Below, piece after piece: positions 19,197 to 28,324 of a stretch of 64,000 nucleotides of DNA (positions are counted from its first letter, which is position 1; every line of letters begins with the position of its first letter). The DNA lies in contig CAKPDF010000004.1 in NCBI GenBank assembly GCA_934148535.1, positions 32,169 through 96,168 on the forward strand, in the 5' to 3' direction. The DNA comes from an uncultured Bacilli bacterium. Lineage in GTDB: Bacteria; Bacillota_I; Bacilli_A; RF39; UBA660. The notes beneath the pieces were generated by a model. That model did no database searches and was not told where the DNA came from. It saw nothing but the letters and a program-made list of their open reading frames with translations. Made by a program: the position numbers and the translations under genes.

Positions 19197-19961
19197 ATGA
19201 AATTACAAATTAAAAATTTAACAGTAGAAGTAGAAGAAAAAATAGTATTAAAAGATTTTAACCTAGAAATAAAAGAAGGAGAAATTCACACTATAATGGG
19301 ACCAAACGGTGTAGGTAAATCTACATTATCACGTGTAATAATGGGAGATCCTAATTATAAAGTTTTAAATGGCGATATATTATTTGAAGGAAAAAGCATA
19401 ATAAATTTAAAAACCGATGAAAGAAGCAGATTAGGAATATTTTTAGCAATGCAAAATCCAACCGAAATAGAAGGAGTAAGCAATCAAGACTTTTTAAGGA
19501 CAGCAATATCTGCTAAAAAACAAGAAAGAATAGGTCTATATGAATTTATAATAAAATGTGAAAAATGTACTGAAGAACTAAAGATGAATAAAGATTTAAT
19601 TCACAGATCATTAAACGTTGGATTTTCAGGAGGAGAAAAAAAGAAAAATGAAGTTCTTCAAATTAAATTATTAAATCCATCATTTATAATATTAGATGAA
19701 TTAGATTCTGGATTAGATGTAGACAGTTTAAAAATAGTTTGTAAGAACTTGAAAGAATATTTGAAAGAAAATCCAGAAACATCTGTAATAATAATAACCC
19801 ACTATAATATGATATTAAATTACTTAACACCTGATTATGTCCATATATTAAGTAATCACAAAATAGTTAAAACAGGAAATTATGATTTAGCAAAGGATAT
19901 TGAAAAAAATGGTTATAATAAATATATAAATGTCATAAACGAGGAAAATAAAGATGAATAG
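19197..19961 (+). CDS. sufC: Fe-S cluster assembly ATPase SufC
   Basis: Walker A MGPNGVGKSTL, ABC signature FSGGEKKKNE, Walker B ILDELDSGLD. Preceded by an extended -10 TGATATAAT. Confidence 0.9.
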   Translation: MKLQIKNLTVEVEEKIVLKDFNLEIKEGEIHTIMGPNGVGKSTLSRVIMGDPNYKVLNGDILFEGKSIINLKTDERSRLGIFLAMQNPTEIEGVSNQDFLRTAISAKKQERIGLYEFIIKCEKCTEELKMNKDLIHRSLNVGFSGGEKKKNEVLQIKLLNPSFIILDELDSGLDVDSLKIVCKNLKEYLKENPETSVIIITHYNMILNYLTPDYVHILSNHKIVKTGNYDLAKDIEKNGYNKYINVINEENKDE

Positions 19962-20715
19962 AATACTAGTAGAAAAAGATAAAATAAAAAACTATAAAGA
20001 CTCCAATGTTGAAATATTAAATGACACTATATTTTTTAAAAAATCAGGAGAGTATACAATAGAGTACATTGATTGTAAAAATGTAACACTTAATATTAAT
20101 GTAGATGAAAATGTGATGATTAAAATCTTCGAATATGCAGATAGTCAATCATTAAATATAAATAATATATACAATCAAAATAAATATAGTAACCTATTAT
20201 TATTTAAGTTTTATAATAACAAAGAAGTAAAAGAAGAAATAACATTTAACTTAAATGGTGAATATTCAAAAGTAGATTATCATTTTTCAAATATTTGTAG
20301 CAATTTAGAACAATATCATATTGTAATTAATCATAATGCATCAAATACAGAAAGCTTAATAAATAACAAATCAATAACCATAGAGGAATCTGATTTATCA
20401 TTCACAATAGATAGTGTTCTACCAAAAGGTAATAAGGAATGTAATTTAGACCAACAAACTAGAATAATAACACTAGATGATAGTAATGCTAAAATAGAAC
20501 CAAATATGTTTATAGAAGAAAATGATGTATCAGCAAAACATGGATCAGTTATTGGTAAATTTAGAGAAGAAGAGTTATTTTATCTTTTAGCAAGAGGAAT
20601 TCCAGAACAAGAAGCAATAAAGTTATTAATAAAAGGATATATATTTTCTAATTTATTAGTAGATTTAGATAAAAGAGCAAAAATATTTAATATAATTAAT
20701 GAAAAATGGAGGTGA
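19954..20715 (+). CDS. sufD: SufD-like Fe-S assembly protein (SufB/SufD C-terminal domain; N-terminally shorter than Bacillus SufD)
   Basis: C-terminal SufBD domain (HGSVIGKFREEELFYLLARGIPEQEAIKLLIKGYI). Overlaps the sufC stop. Confidence 0.7.
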   Translation: MNRILVEKDKIKNYKDSNVEILNDTIFFKKSGEYTIEYIDCKNVTLNINVDENVMIKIFEYADSQSLNINNIYNQNKYSNLLLFKFYNNKEVKEEITFNLNGEYSKVDYHFSNICSNLEQYHIVINHNASNTESLINNKSITIEESDLSFTIDSVLPKGNKECNLDQQTRIITLDDSNAKIEPNMFIEENDVSAKHGSVIGKFREEELFYLLARGIPEQEAIKLLIKGYIFSNLLVDLDKRAKIFNIINEKWR

Positions 20716-20719
20716 AAAA

Positions 20720-21919
20720 ATGAATAGAGAAGACTTTCCAATGTTAAATAAAAATGAAGTAATATATTTTGACAATGGAGCCACAACCTTAAAACCTCAA
20801 CCAGTAATAGATGCTGTTGTAGATTACTATACAAATTATACAGCTAATGCCCATAGAGGAGATTACAAAAATAGTTTAAAAGTTGATGACAATTATGAAG
20901 GAGTAAGAAAAAAAGTAAAAGAATTCATAAATGCCAAAGAAACAAGTGAAATTGCTTTTACCTCAGGAACAACTGACAGCATGAATTTAATAGCATTTGG
21001 TTATTTCAAAAACATCTTACAAAAAGATGACGAAGTGCTAATAACAGAAAGTGAACACGCATCAAATATCTTGCCTTGGTTTATCCTAGCAAAAGAAATT
21101 GGAATAAAAGTAAAATATATACCACTTAGCAAAAAAAATGAAGTAATAATTGAAAATGTAGAAAAAGCAATTACTCCCAAAACAAAAGTAATATCTTTAG
21201 CACAAATTACAAATGTAATAGGAGATATAAGACCAATACAAGAAATATCATCTATAGCACATAAAAAAAATATTTATGTAGTAGTTGATGCTGCTCAAAG
21301 TATAGCCCATACTAAAGTAGATGTGCAAAAGTTAGATATTGATTTTCTAGCATTCTCAGCTCACAAAATATATGGCCCAACTGGAGTTGGCGTAATTTAT
21401 GGAAAATTTAATTTTTTAGATAAGTTAATTCCAAGAAATTATGGTGGTGGAATGAATGCAACATTTACAACAGATGGATATTTAGAATTAAGAGAAATAC
21501 CAGTAAGACTAGAAGCAGGCACTCCAAATATAGCAGGTGTAATAGGATTAGGAGCAGCAATCGACTATGTAAATAATATTGGTATTGATAATATCAAAGA
21601 GTATGAACATATGTTAAAAAGATATTTAGTATCAAAACTAAAACAATTAGATTTTATAGAAATATATAATGAATTTAATTCTGGTAGCATTGTAGCATTT
21701 AATATAAAAAATGTTTTTAGCCAAGATACAGCAGTTTATTTAGACAAATATAATATTTGTGTAAGAGCAGGTAATCATTGCGCTAAAATATTAAATAACG
21801 TATTTAATGTAAACAATACCTGCAGAATAAGTTTAAGTTTTTATAACACTAAAGAAGAAATTGATAAACTAATAGAAGTATTGAAAAATAGTGGAAATAT
21901 TTGGAATGAAATATTATAA
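20720..21919 (+). CDS. sufS: Cysteine desulfurase SufS. The ORF track start at 20699 is probably an over-extension.
   Basis: PLP-lysine motif SAHKIYGPTGVGVIYGK and catalytic Cys in NHCAKIL. RBS GGAGGTGA before the ATG at 20720. Confidence 0.85.
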   Translation: MNREDFPMLNKNEVIYFDNGATTLKPQPVIDAVVDYYTNYTANAHRGDYKNSLKVDDNYEGVRKKVKEFINAKETSEIAFTSGTTDSMNLIAFGYFKNILQKDDEVLITESEHASNILPWFILAKEIGIKVKYIPLSKKNEVIIENVEKAITPKTKVISLAQITNVIGDIRPIQEISSIAHKKNIYVVVDAAQSIAHTKVDVQKLDIDFLAFSAHKIYGPTGVGVIYGKFNFLDKLIPRNYGGGMNATFTTDGYLELREIPVRLEAGTPNIAGVIGLGAAIDYVNNIGIDNIKEYEHMLKRYLVSKLKQLDFIEIYNEFNSGSIVAFNIKNVFSQDTAVYLDKYNICVRAGNHCAKILNNVFNVNNTCRISLSFYNTKEEIDKLIEVLKNSGNIWNEIL

Positions 21920-21931
21920 GAAGGTGTAAAT

Positions 21932-22366
21932 ATGGATAGCAATTTAAAAAGAAGCATAATATTAGATAATTATCAAAATCCAGTAAATAGAAGAAAAGAA
22001 GATAATAATCCTAGCTATGAAAAATTAAATACAAGAAACGTATCTTGTATTGATAATATAGATTTATACATAAAAATAAAGGATAATATTATAGAAGATA
22101 TATCATTTGATGGAGAAGCGTGCGCAATAAGTATATCCTCAACATCTATTATGACAAATATTTTAAAGGGCAAGAAAGTAGAAGATGCAATAAAAATAAT
22201 AGAAGAATATGAAAAAATGATAGATGAAAAAGAATATGACAAAGATTTAATAAAAGAAGCAATAGTATATGAAGATATTTCTAAACAACCAGCAAGAATT
22301 AAGTGCGCCACACTCACATGGAATGGACTATATAAAAAGTTAAAAGAAATAGAAGAAAAAAAATAA
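21932..22366 (+). CDS. sufU: SufU/IscU-like Fe-S scaffold/sulfurtransferase
   Basis: NifU-like N-terminal domain with conserved Cys residues (CID..., GEACAISISS..., KCATLTW). Confidence 0.8.
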   Translation: MDSNLKRSIILDNYQNPVNRRKEDNNPSYEKLNTRNVSCIDNIDLYIKIKDNIIEDISFDGEACAISISSTSIMTNILKGKKVEDAIKIIEEYEKMIDEKEYDKDLIKEAIVYEDISKQPARIKCATLTWNGLYKKLKEIEEKK

Positions 22367-22407
22367 TCTTCTATTTTTAATTTTATCTAAAAAAAAGCAA
22401 AAATATA

Positions 22408-22416
22408 TGTTATAAT
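22408..22416 (+). promoter_or_regulatory. Extended -10 promoter element for the HipA-like gene
   Basis: TGTTATAAT (TGnTATAAT) 20 nt upstream of the RBS GGAAGTGA. Confidence 0.4.
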
Positions 22417-22436
22417 TATAATAGGAAGTGATCTAA

Positions 22437-23654
22437 ATGAATATAGAATCATTAATTAAAGAAATAGCAAATAATTATAATCTAACTAAAGAAGAAGAAA
22501 CTAAAATGTTAGAAATGTATAAAAATGATACAAGAAATCAAGTATCATTAGAAGTAGAACTAAATTCCTTAGCAGATTATTATAATTGGCAAAACAAAGT
22601 AGCAACAGCAATTAAAAATGCTCCACCACTACAACAAAACCAAAACTATTATATAAGAACATATGATGATAAAAGTAATATAATTCTTCAAGGAGTAAAT
22701 ATAGAAAAAATATCAGATACTGCCAGTGGTATTAATCAAGTAGAAAAAGTATTAATTGATAATAAGTATAGAGCATATAAAAAAGTAGATAGAGTTGATG
22801 TAGCTGATAATGACATGGAAATAGCAATTTGTCAAATAGGAAATTTATTAAATGTAAGTGGTGCCGAAGAATATACTGTATATAATTCTAATAAAGAAAA
22901 AGATTCTATAATAAGTAGAAGTGTAGCAGATTCAGAGTACGAAGAATTCTATGATTTTACAAGTTTGTACATTAAAGTAGATAAATATATAAAAGAAGGA
23001 AAAATAAAAAATTCTAAAGTATCTGAATATAGTGATTTCAAATTTAATAATAGCAAAGAAGATTATATAAAAGTGATAGAAAAAAGTATACAAATAATAA
23101 GATCATTACCAATGATAAGTCAAAAAGATATAAGAAGTATAAAAGCATCATATTTTGACATGATTATATTTGGTTATATTACAAATCAAGTAGACAGAAA
23201 TCTAAATAATTATGGGCTAATATGCAATAAAAAGACAAAAGAATATAGATTTGCTCCATTATTTGATAATAGCATTATATTGTTACCAAATCTAGAAGAA
23301 AATCAATGTAGTTTTAATGGATACATATGCAATAGAAATAAATTAATAGATTGTTTATTTGAAAATTATTATGAAGATATAAAAGAAAAAGTAACATATA
23401 TAATAAATAATAAAACAAGACTAATTCAGATAATCGATATAATAGCCAAACAAAATCTTGACATAAAAAGTTACAATCTATTAATGGAAAAAATAATAAA
23501 AAACATTTCTTACATAGAAGAAAAATATCTAGAAAAAAATAATATTATAGCACCAGAAAATGCTGGTTATGTTAATATATTAAATATGTTTATAATCTTA
23601 ACCTTAATAGCAACCATATCGATATCAATAGCATGTTTCTTATTAAGAAGGTAA
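22437..23654 (+). CDS. HipA-like Ser/Thr kinase-domain protein with a C-terminal transmembrane helix
   Basis: Segment FDMIIFGYITNQVDRNLNNYGLICNKKTKEYRFAPLFDNS matches the HipA_C core (G-N-x-D-x-H-L-K-N-F-S-L... L-A-P-x-Y-D). The last ~25 residues are hydrophobic. Confidence 0.5.
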   Translation: MNIESLIKEIANNYNLTKEEETKMLEMYKNDTRNQVSLEVELNSLADYYNWQNKVATAIKNAPPLQQNQNYYIRTYDDKSNIILQGVNIEKISDTASGINQVEKVLIDNKYRAYKKVDRVDVADNDMEIAICQIGNLLNVSGAEEYTVYNSNKEKDSIISRSVADSEYEEFYDFTSLYIKVDKYIKEGKIKNSKVSEYSDFKFNNSKEDYIKVIEKSIQIIRSLPMISQKDIRSIKASYFDMIIFGYITNQVDRNLNNYGLICNKKTKEYRFAPLFDNSIILLPNLEENQCSFNGYICNRNKLIDCLFENYYEDIKEKVTYIINNKTRLIQIIDIIAKQNLDIKSYNLLMEKIIKNISYIEEKYLEKNNIIAPENAGYVNILNMFIILTLIATISISIACFLLRR

Positions 23655-23659
23655 AAGAA

Positions 23660-23700
23660 AAGAATTTATAGTTATTTATATAAATTCTCTTTTTTTTTCT
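23660..23700 (+). terminator. Rho-independent terminator of the HipA-like gene
   Basis: 10-bp stem AGAATTTATA / TATAAATTCT, then CTTTTTTTTT. Confidence 0.7.
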
Positions 23701-23739
23701 AAAAATTTAGTTTATAATAATAAAGAAAAAGGTGATCTT

Positions 23740-25050
23740 ATGAAATTAACAGAACAGGTAGTAAAAGAAATATCAAATATAAAACAAGAACCAAAATGGA
23801 TGACAGATTTTAGAGTAAACTCATATAAATCATTCATTAAACATAAAGAGCCAAATTTTGGACCAAAGTTAAATATAGATTATGACAGTATAACATACTA
23901 CAAAAAAAGAGAGCAAGAGTTAACAAATAATTGGAATAACGTAAATTGTAAGGTAAGAGATTTATTTGATGACTTAGGTGTAATAAAAGCAGAAAAAAAT
24001 TATTTAGATGGAATAGGAGCTCAATATGATAGTGAAGTAATATATCACAATATGATAAAAGAATTAGAAGAAAAAAATGTAATATTTATGGATACTGATT
24101 CCGCATTAAAATACCATGAAAACATATTTAAAAAATACTTTAATAAACTTGTAAAATACGATGAAAATAAATTTACAGCTTTAAATGGAGCCGTTTGGAG
24201 TGGGGGTACATTTATATATATTCCACCCCATACCAAACTAGATAGACCATTACAAAGTTATTTTAGGATAAATAGCAAAAATATGGGCCAGTTTGAAAGA
24301 ACATTAATAATAGTAGATGACGATAGTGAACTTCATTACATAGAAGGATGTACTGCCCCAACATATACGGAAGATGCATTGCATGCTGCAGTAGTAGAAA
24401 TATATGTAGGCAAAAATTCTAAATGTCGATACACAACAATCCAAAATTGGTCAAGTGATGTATACAATCTAGTTACTAAAAGAGCAATAGTAGAAGAAAA
24501 TGGACTAATGGAATGGATAGACGGAAATGTAGGAGCAAAAAACAATATGAAATATCCAGCCTGCATATTAAAAGGAAAATATGCAAGAGGAAGTTGTATA
24601 ACAGTAGCCTCAGCATCAGCAGGTCAAATTCAAGATACAGGAGCAAAAATGATTCATTTAGCCCCATATACAAAAAGTAACATTGTTTCTAAATCTATAG
24701 CATCTAATGGAGGAAATGCAACCTACAGAGGACTAGTTAAAATAGCAAAAGAGGCCCATCATTCAAGCGCAAGTGTAAAATGTGATACAATAATACTAGA
24801 TGAAAAATCAAAAAGTGATACAGTACCAACAAATATAGTAAATAATAAAACATCATTTTTAGAACATGAAGCTACAGTATCTAAAATAAGTGAAGATAAA
24901 TTATTCTATTTAACAAGCAGAGGAATAGATGAAGATACAGCCAAAGAATTAATAATCTTAGGATTTGTTAATGAATTTAGAGAAGAACTGCCTATGGAAT
25001 ATGCTGTAGAATTAAATAGATTATTATCTTTAAATATAAATTCAGACTAA
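23740..25050 (+). CDS. sufB: Fe-S cluster assembly protein SufB
   Basis: SufB-type C-terminal domain (MIHLAPYTKSN..., ...EDKLFYLTSRGIDEDTAKELIILGF). Length 436 aa. Confidence 0.85.
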   Translation: MKLTEQVVKEISNIKQEPKWMTDFRVNSYKSFIKHKEPNFGPKLNIDYDSITYYKKREQELTNNWNNVNCKVRDLFDDLGVIKAEKNYLDGIGAQYDSEVIYHNMIKELEEKNVIFMDTDSALKYHENIFKKYFNKLVKYDENKFTALNGAVWSGGTFIYIPPHTKLDRPLQSYFRINSKNMGQFERTLIIVDDDSELHYIEGCTAPTYTEDALHAAVVEIYVGKNSKCRYTTIQNWSSDVYNLVTKRAIVEENGLMEWIDGNVGAKNNMKYPACILKGKYARGSCITVASASAGQIQDTGAKMIHLAPYTKSNIVSKSIASNGGNATYRGLVKIAKEAHHSSASVKCDTIILDEKSKSDTVPTNIVNNKTSFLEHEATVSKISEDKLFYLTSRGIDEDTAKELIILGFVNEFREELPMEYAVELNRLLSLNINSD

Positions 25051-25051
25051 A

Positions 25052-25078
25052 ATTGCAAAAAAAAATGCAATTTTTTTA
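25052..25078 (+). terminator. Rho-independent terminator of sufB
   Basis: ATTGCA-A9-TGCAAT hairpin followed by TTTTTTT. Confidence 0.65.
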
Positions 25079-25272
25079 ATTTATATAAATTTAAAATATT
25101 TGAGCAAAATAATCACTTAAAATTTTAAAAACCTTAGATAGAATTTTAAAATTATGATATACCTCATATTAAATATTAGAAAAACTAATAATAGTTACTA
25201 ACGGAAATTAAAAAACAGCAATTTGCAATAAGAAAAGTTATTTGTTATATTGAACATGAAGGAGGGATAATA

Positions 25273-25644
25273 ATGTTGAATCAAGTAGTTTTAGTAGGTA
25301 GATTAGTAAAAAATCCAGAACTACAAGTAACTGATAATGGTAAAAAAGTTACAACAATAACTTTAGCAGTACCAAGAGGCTACAAAAATATTAATGGAGA
25401 ATATGATACAGATTTCTTGGATTGTACATTATGGACAAATGTTGCTGAAAATACGACAGAATACTGTAAAAGTGGAGACATGATTGGTGTAAAAGGCCGT
25501 ATTCAAACTAGAGTTATAGAAACAGAAGATGGAAAAAGAAAAAAGACAGAAATAGTAGCAGACAAAATTAGCTTTTTAGCATCTTCACCTAACAATTCAA
25601 AAAAAGAAAAAACTATAGAAAAACCAAAAGCAAAAGAAAAATAA
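25273..25644 (+). CDS. ssb: Single-stranded DNA-binding protein (OB fold; lacks the acidic DDDIPF tail)
   Basis: MLNQVVLVGRLVKNPELQ...TTITLAV...DCTLWTNVAEN...GDMIGVKGRIQTR canonical SSB OB fold. C-terminus ends KPKAKEK. Confidence 0.8.
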   Translation: MLNQVVLVGRLVKNPELQVTDNGKKVTTITLAVPRGYKNINGEYDTDFLDCTLWTNVAENTTEYCKSGDMIGVKGRIQTRVIETEDGKRKKTEIVADKISFLASSPNNSKKEKTIEKPKAKEK

Positions 25645-25661
25645 AATCTTTTGCTTTTTTT
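25630..25661 (+). terminator. Rho-independent terminator of ssb
   Basis: GCAAAAG...CTTTTGC stem overlapping the stop, then TTTTTTT. Confidence 0.6.
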
Positions 25662-25823
25662 AATATAAAAAAAGTTAAAAATTTGCAAAAAAACATTGCA
25701 AAAAAAATAAAAGTATGGCATACTATTACTTGTTAGTTTAATATTAATTAAATTTCTATGTTTTCTAAGCAAGAATTAATATTAACTTTAGTGATAATCA
25801 ATTTTTTGAAAGAGGGATTTTAG

Positions 25824-26177
25824 ATGTTAGTTGGAAAAAGAATTAAAGACATGAGATTAGAAAAAGGCATGTCACAACAAGAATTAGGAGATTTAATAGG
25901 AGTAACAAAAGTATCTATATGCGGATATGAAAATGGAACAAGAACGCCAAGCCTAGAAACATTTGGTATTTTGGCAGATATATTTGAAACAACTACAGAT
26001 TACTTATTAGGAAGAGAAGTACCTATCGTAAATGAAGAAGCAAACGAATACATAGGTTCAATATCTAAAGACGATATAGAGATAATTCAAGAATTAAGAC
26101 ATTATCCAAATTTATATGCAAAACTAGTTAAAGATGTTAAAAGATACGTTAGTTTAATCAATAAGAAAATGAGATAG
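25824..26177 (+). CDS. XRE-family helix-turn-helix transcriptional regulator
   Basis: HTH_3 motif MSQQELGDLIGVTKVSICGYENGTRTPSLETFGILADIFETTTDYLLG. Confidence 0.8.
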   Translation: MLVGKRIKDMRLEKGMSQQELGDLIGVTKVSICGYENGTRTPSLETFGILADIFETTTDYLLGREVPIVNEEANEYIGSISKDDIEIIQELRHYPNLYAKLVKDVKRYVSLINKKMR

Positions 26178-26207
26178 TAAGTAGAAAAAACTACTTACTT
26201 TTATTAT
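26175..26207 (+). terminator. Rho-independent terminator of the XRE gene
   Basis: GTAAGTAG-A6-CTACTTAC hairpin followed by TTTTATT. Confidence 0.65.
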
Positions 26208-26249
26208 TATATGGTATAATAAGTTTAACGAAAGGAAATGATAATTATG

Positions 26250-27629
26250 GACATTAAAGAATTATATCAGAAAGATTATATAGAAAAAGAAGTAACAGTA
26301 CAAGGATGGATAAGAAATCATAGAAAGCAATCCCATTATGGATTTATAGATTTATCAGATGGAACTTGTTTTAAACACTTGCAAATAGTATATGATGATA
26401 GTTTATCTAACTTTGAAGAAATAGCAAAATTAAAAATAGGAAGTGCAATTACAGCAACAGGAATATTAAAAAAATCTCCTAAAGATAATCAAAACTTTGA
26501 GCTAACATTAGAAAAATTCAAATTAGAAGGAGATTGCCCTGATGAGTATCCAATTCAACCTAAAAGGCATACTAGAGAGTTTTTAAGAGAACAAGCATAT
26601 TTAAGACCAAGAACTAACTTATTTCAAGCAGTATTCAGAATTAGAAGTATGACTGCATTTGCAATACACAAGTACTTTCAAGACAATGGTTATGTATATG
26701 TAACTACCCCAATAATTACTTGCGCTGACTGTGAAGGATCTGGGGAAATGTTTAACATAACAAAATTTGACTTAGATAAACTTCCAAAAGACAAAGATGG
26801 AAAAGTAGACTTTAAAGAAGATTTATTTGGAAAACCAGCCTTTGTAACAGGAACAGGACAATTACATGGTGAAACATTTGCTATGGCATATAAAAAAATA
26901 TACACATTTGGTCCAACCTTTAGAACAGAAGAATCAAATACTAAAACTCATGCTAATGAATTTTGGATGATAGAACCAGAAATAGCATTTTATGACTTAG
27001 AAGATTTAATGAACATGGAAGAAGATATGCTAAAATATATAGTAAAATATATTTTAGATAATTGTAAAGATGAAATAGATTTCTTAAATAATTTTGTAGA
27101 AAAAGGATTAAAAGAAAAATTAACAAAATTAATAAATAGTAAATTTGTAAAAATAACTCATAAAGAAGCAGTTGACTTACTAATGAATGCTAATGTTAAA
27201 TGGGAATTTACTCCAGATTATGAAAGTGATATTGCCAAAGAACATGAAAAATATATAACTGAATATTATAATTCTCCAGTGTTTATAACTAATTGGCCAA
27301 AAGATATAAAATCATTTTATATGAAACAAAATGATGATGGTAAAACTGTAGCAGCAGTAGATCTAGAAGTACCAGGAGTAGGAGAATTAATGGGTGGTTC
27401 TCAAAGAGAAGATGATTATGAAAAACTAATTACTAGAATGAAAGAGTTAAATATGAGTAAAACTACAATGGAAGAATTGTATTGGTATCTAAATCTAAGA
27501 AGATACGGAGGATGTTATCACTCAGGATTTGGCTTAGGCTTTGAAAGATTATTGATGTATTTAACAGGAATAGAAAATATAAGAGACGTAATCCCATATC
27601 CAAGAACACCTAATAGTTGTAACTTTTAA
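26250..27629 (+). CDS. asnS: Asparaginyl-tRNA synthetase. The start at 26238 in the ORF track is probably an over-extension.
   Basis: N-terminal OB anticodon-binding domain. Class II motifs (FRTEESNTKTHANEFWMIEPE, GGSQREDDYEKL, GFGLGFERLLMYLTG). Extended -10 TGGTATAAT upstream. Confidence 0.9.
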   Translation, partial: DIKELYQKDYIEKEVTVQGWIRNHRKQSHYGFIDLSDGTCFKHLQIVYDDSLSNFEEIAKLKIGSAITATGILKKSPKDNQNFELTLEKFKLEGDCPDEYPIQPKRHTREFLREQAYLRPRTNLFQAVFRIRSMTAFAIHKYFQDNGYVYVTTPIITCADCEGSGEMFNITKFDLDKLPKDKDGKVDFKEDLFGKPAFVTGTGQLHGETFAMAYKKIYTFGPTFRTEESNTKTHANEFWMIEPEIAFYDLEDLMNMEEDMLKYIVKYILDNCKDEIDFLNNFVEKGLKEKLTKLINSKFVKITHKEAVDLLMNANVKWEFTPDYESDIAKEHEKYITEYYNSPVFITNWPKDIKSFYMKQNDDGKTVAAVDLEVPGVGELMGGSQREDDYEKLITRMKELNMSKTTMEELYWYLNLRRYGGCYHSGFGLGFERLLMYLTGIENIRDVIPYPRTPNSCNF

Positions 27630-27704
27630 AAATAAAAAAATGTAAAATATTTCCATCTTTAATTATATTTTTATTGGATATATTAAAAATGATAGGAGGG
27701 AAAT

Positions 27705-28286
27705 ATGAAAAAGATAATATTATGTTTAGGTATAATGTTTCTCATTAGTGGATGCAATGGTGCTACTAATAGAATGAAATGTAATTCCACTACAACAACT
27801 GCAGGACTAACTACCGATACAACATATGAAATTGATTATAAAGACAAAGATGTAAAATATGTAAAAATAACATATAAATATAATCAAGAAAATGCAAATG
27901 TTTCTACTACAGATGGAGTAGGAACAGGAACAGATGGAACTACAAGAGACAGAGAATCTAATACAACAAGTACTACACCTGATAAAAATGACGTAGTAGG
28001 AGGAGCTGTAGGTTCAACTGTAGACGAAGGAATAGATGCAGTAACAGATACAATATTAGATATAGCAGGCATTAAAACCAGACAAGAACAACTATTACAA
28101 GGTTACAATAATATTACTGGATTTTCATACGATATAAAGGATAAAGATAATGACAATGAATATACAGTAATATATAAAATAGACCTTACAAAAATAAATG
28201 ATACAGACTTAGCAAGATTTAATATTGATAGAAATATAGATACCTTAAAAACAACTTATGAAAATCAAGGATATACCTGTAAATAA
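27705..28286 (+). CDS. Putative lipoprotein, Thr/Gly/Asp-rich
   Basis: Signal peptide with lipobox LISGC (MKKIILCLGIMFLISGCNG). Confidence 0.5.
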   Translation: MKKIILCLGIMFLISGCNGATNRMKCNSTTTTAGLTTDTTYEIDYKDKDVKYVKITYKYNQENANVSTTDGVGTGTDGTTRDRESNTTSTTPDKNDVVGGAVGSTVDEGIDAVTDTILDIAGIKTRQEQLLQGYNNITGFSYDIKDKDNDNEYTVIYKIDLTKINDTDLARFNIDRNIDTLKTTYENQGYTCK

Positions 28287-28318
28287 AAAAGCACTTCCTA
28301 AAGAAATGCTTTTTTGTT
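28285..28318. terminator. Bidirectional rho-independent terminator between the lipoprotein gene (+) and the PBP gene (-)
   Basis: AAAAGCACTTC...GAAATGCTTTT stem flanked by A-run and T-run on either side. Confidence 0.55.
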
Positions 28319-28324
28319 TATCTC

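Noticed and set aside
25051-26249. Possible prophage remnant (ssb + XRE regulator)
   Set aside because: There is no integrase, attachment-site repeats, or other phage structural or replication genes. Kept only as a low-interest observation.
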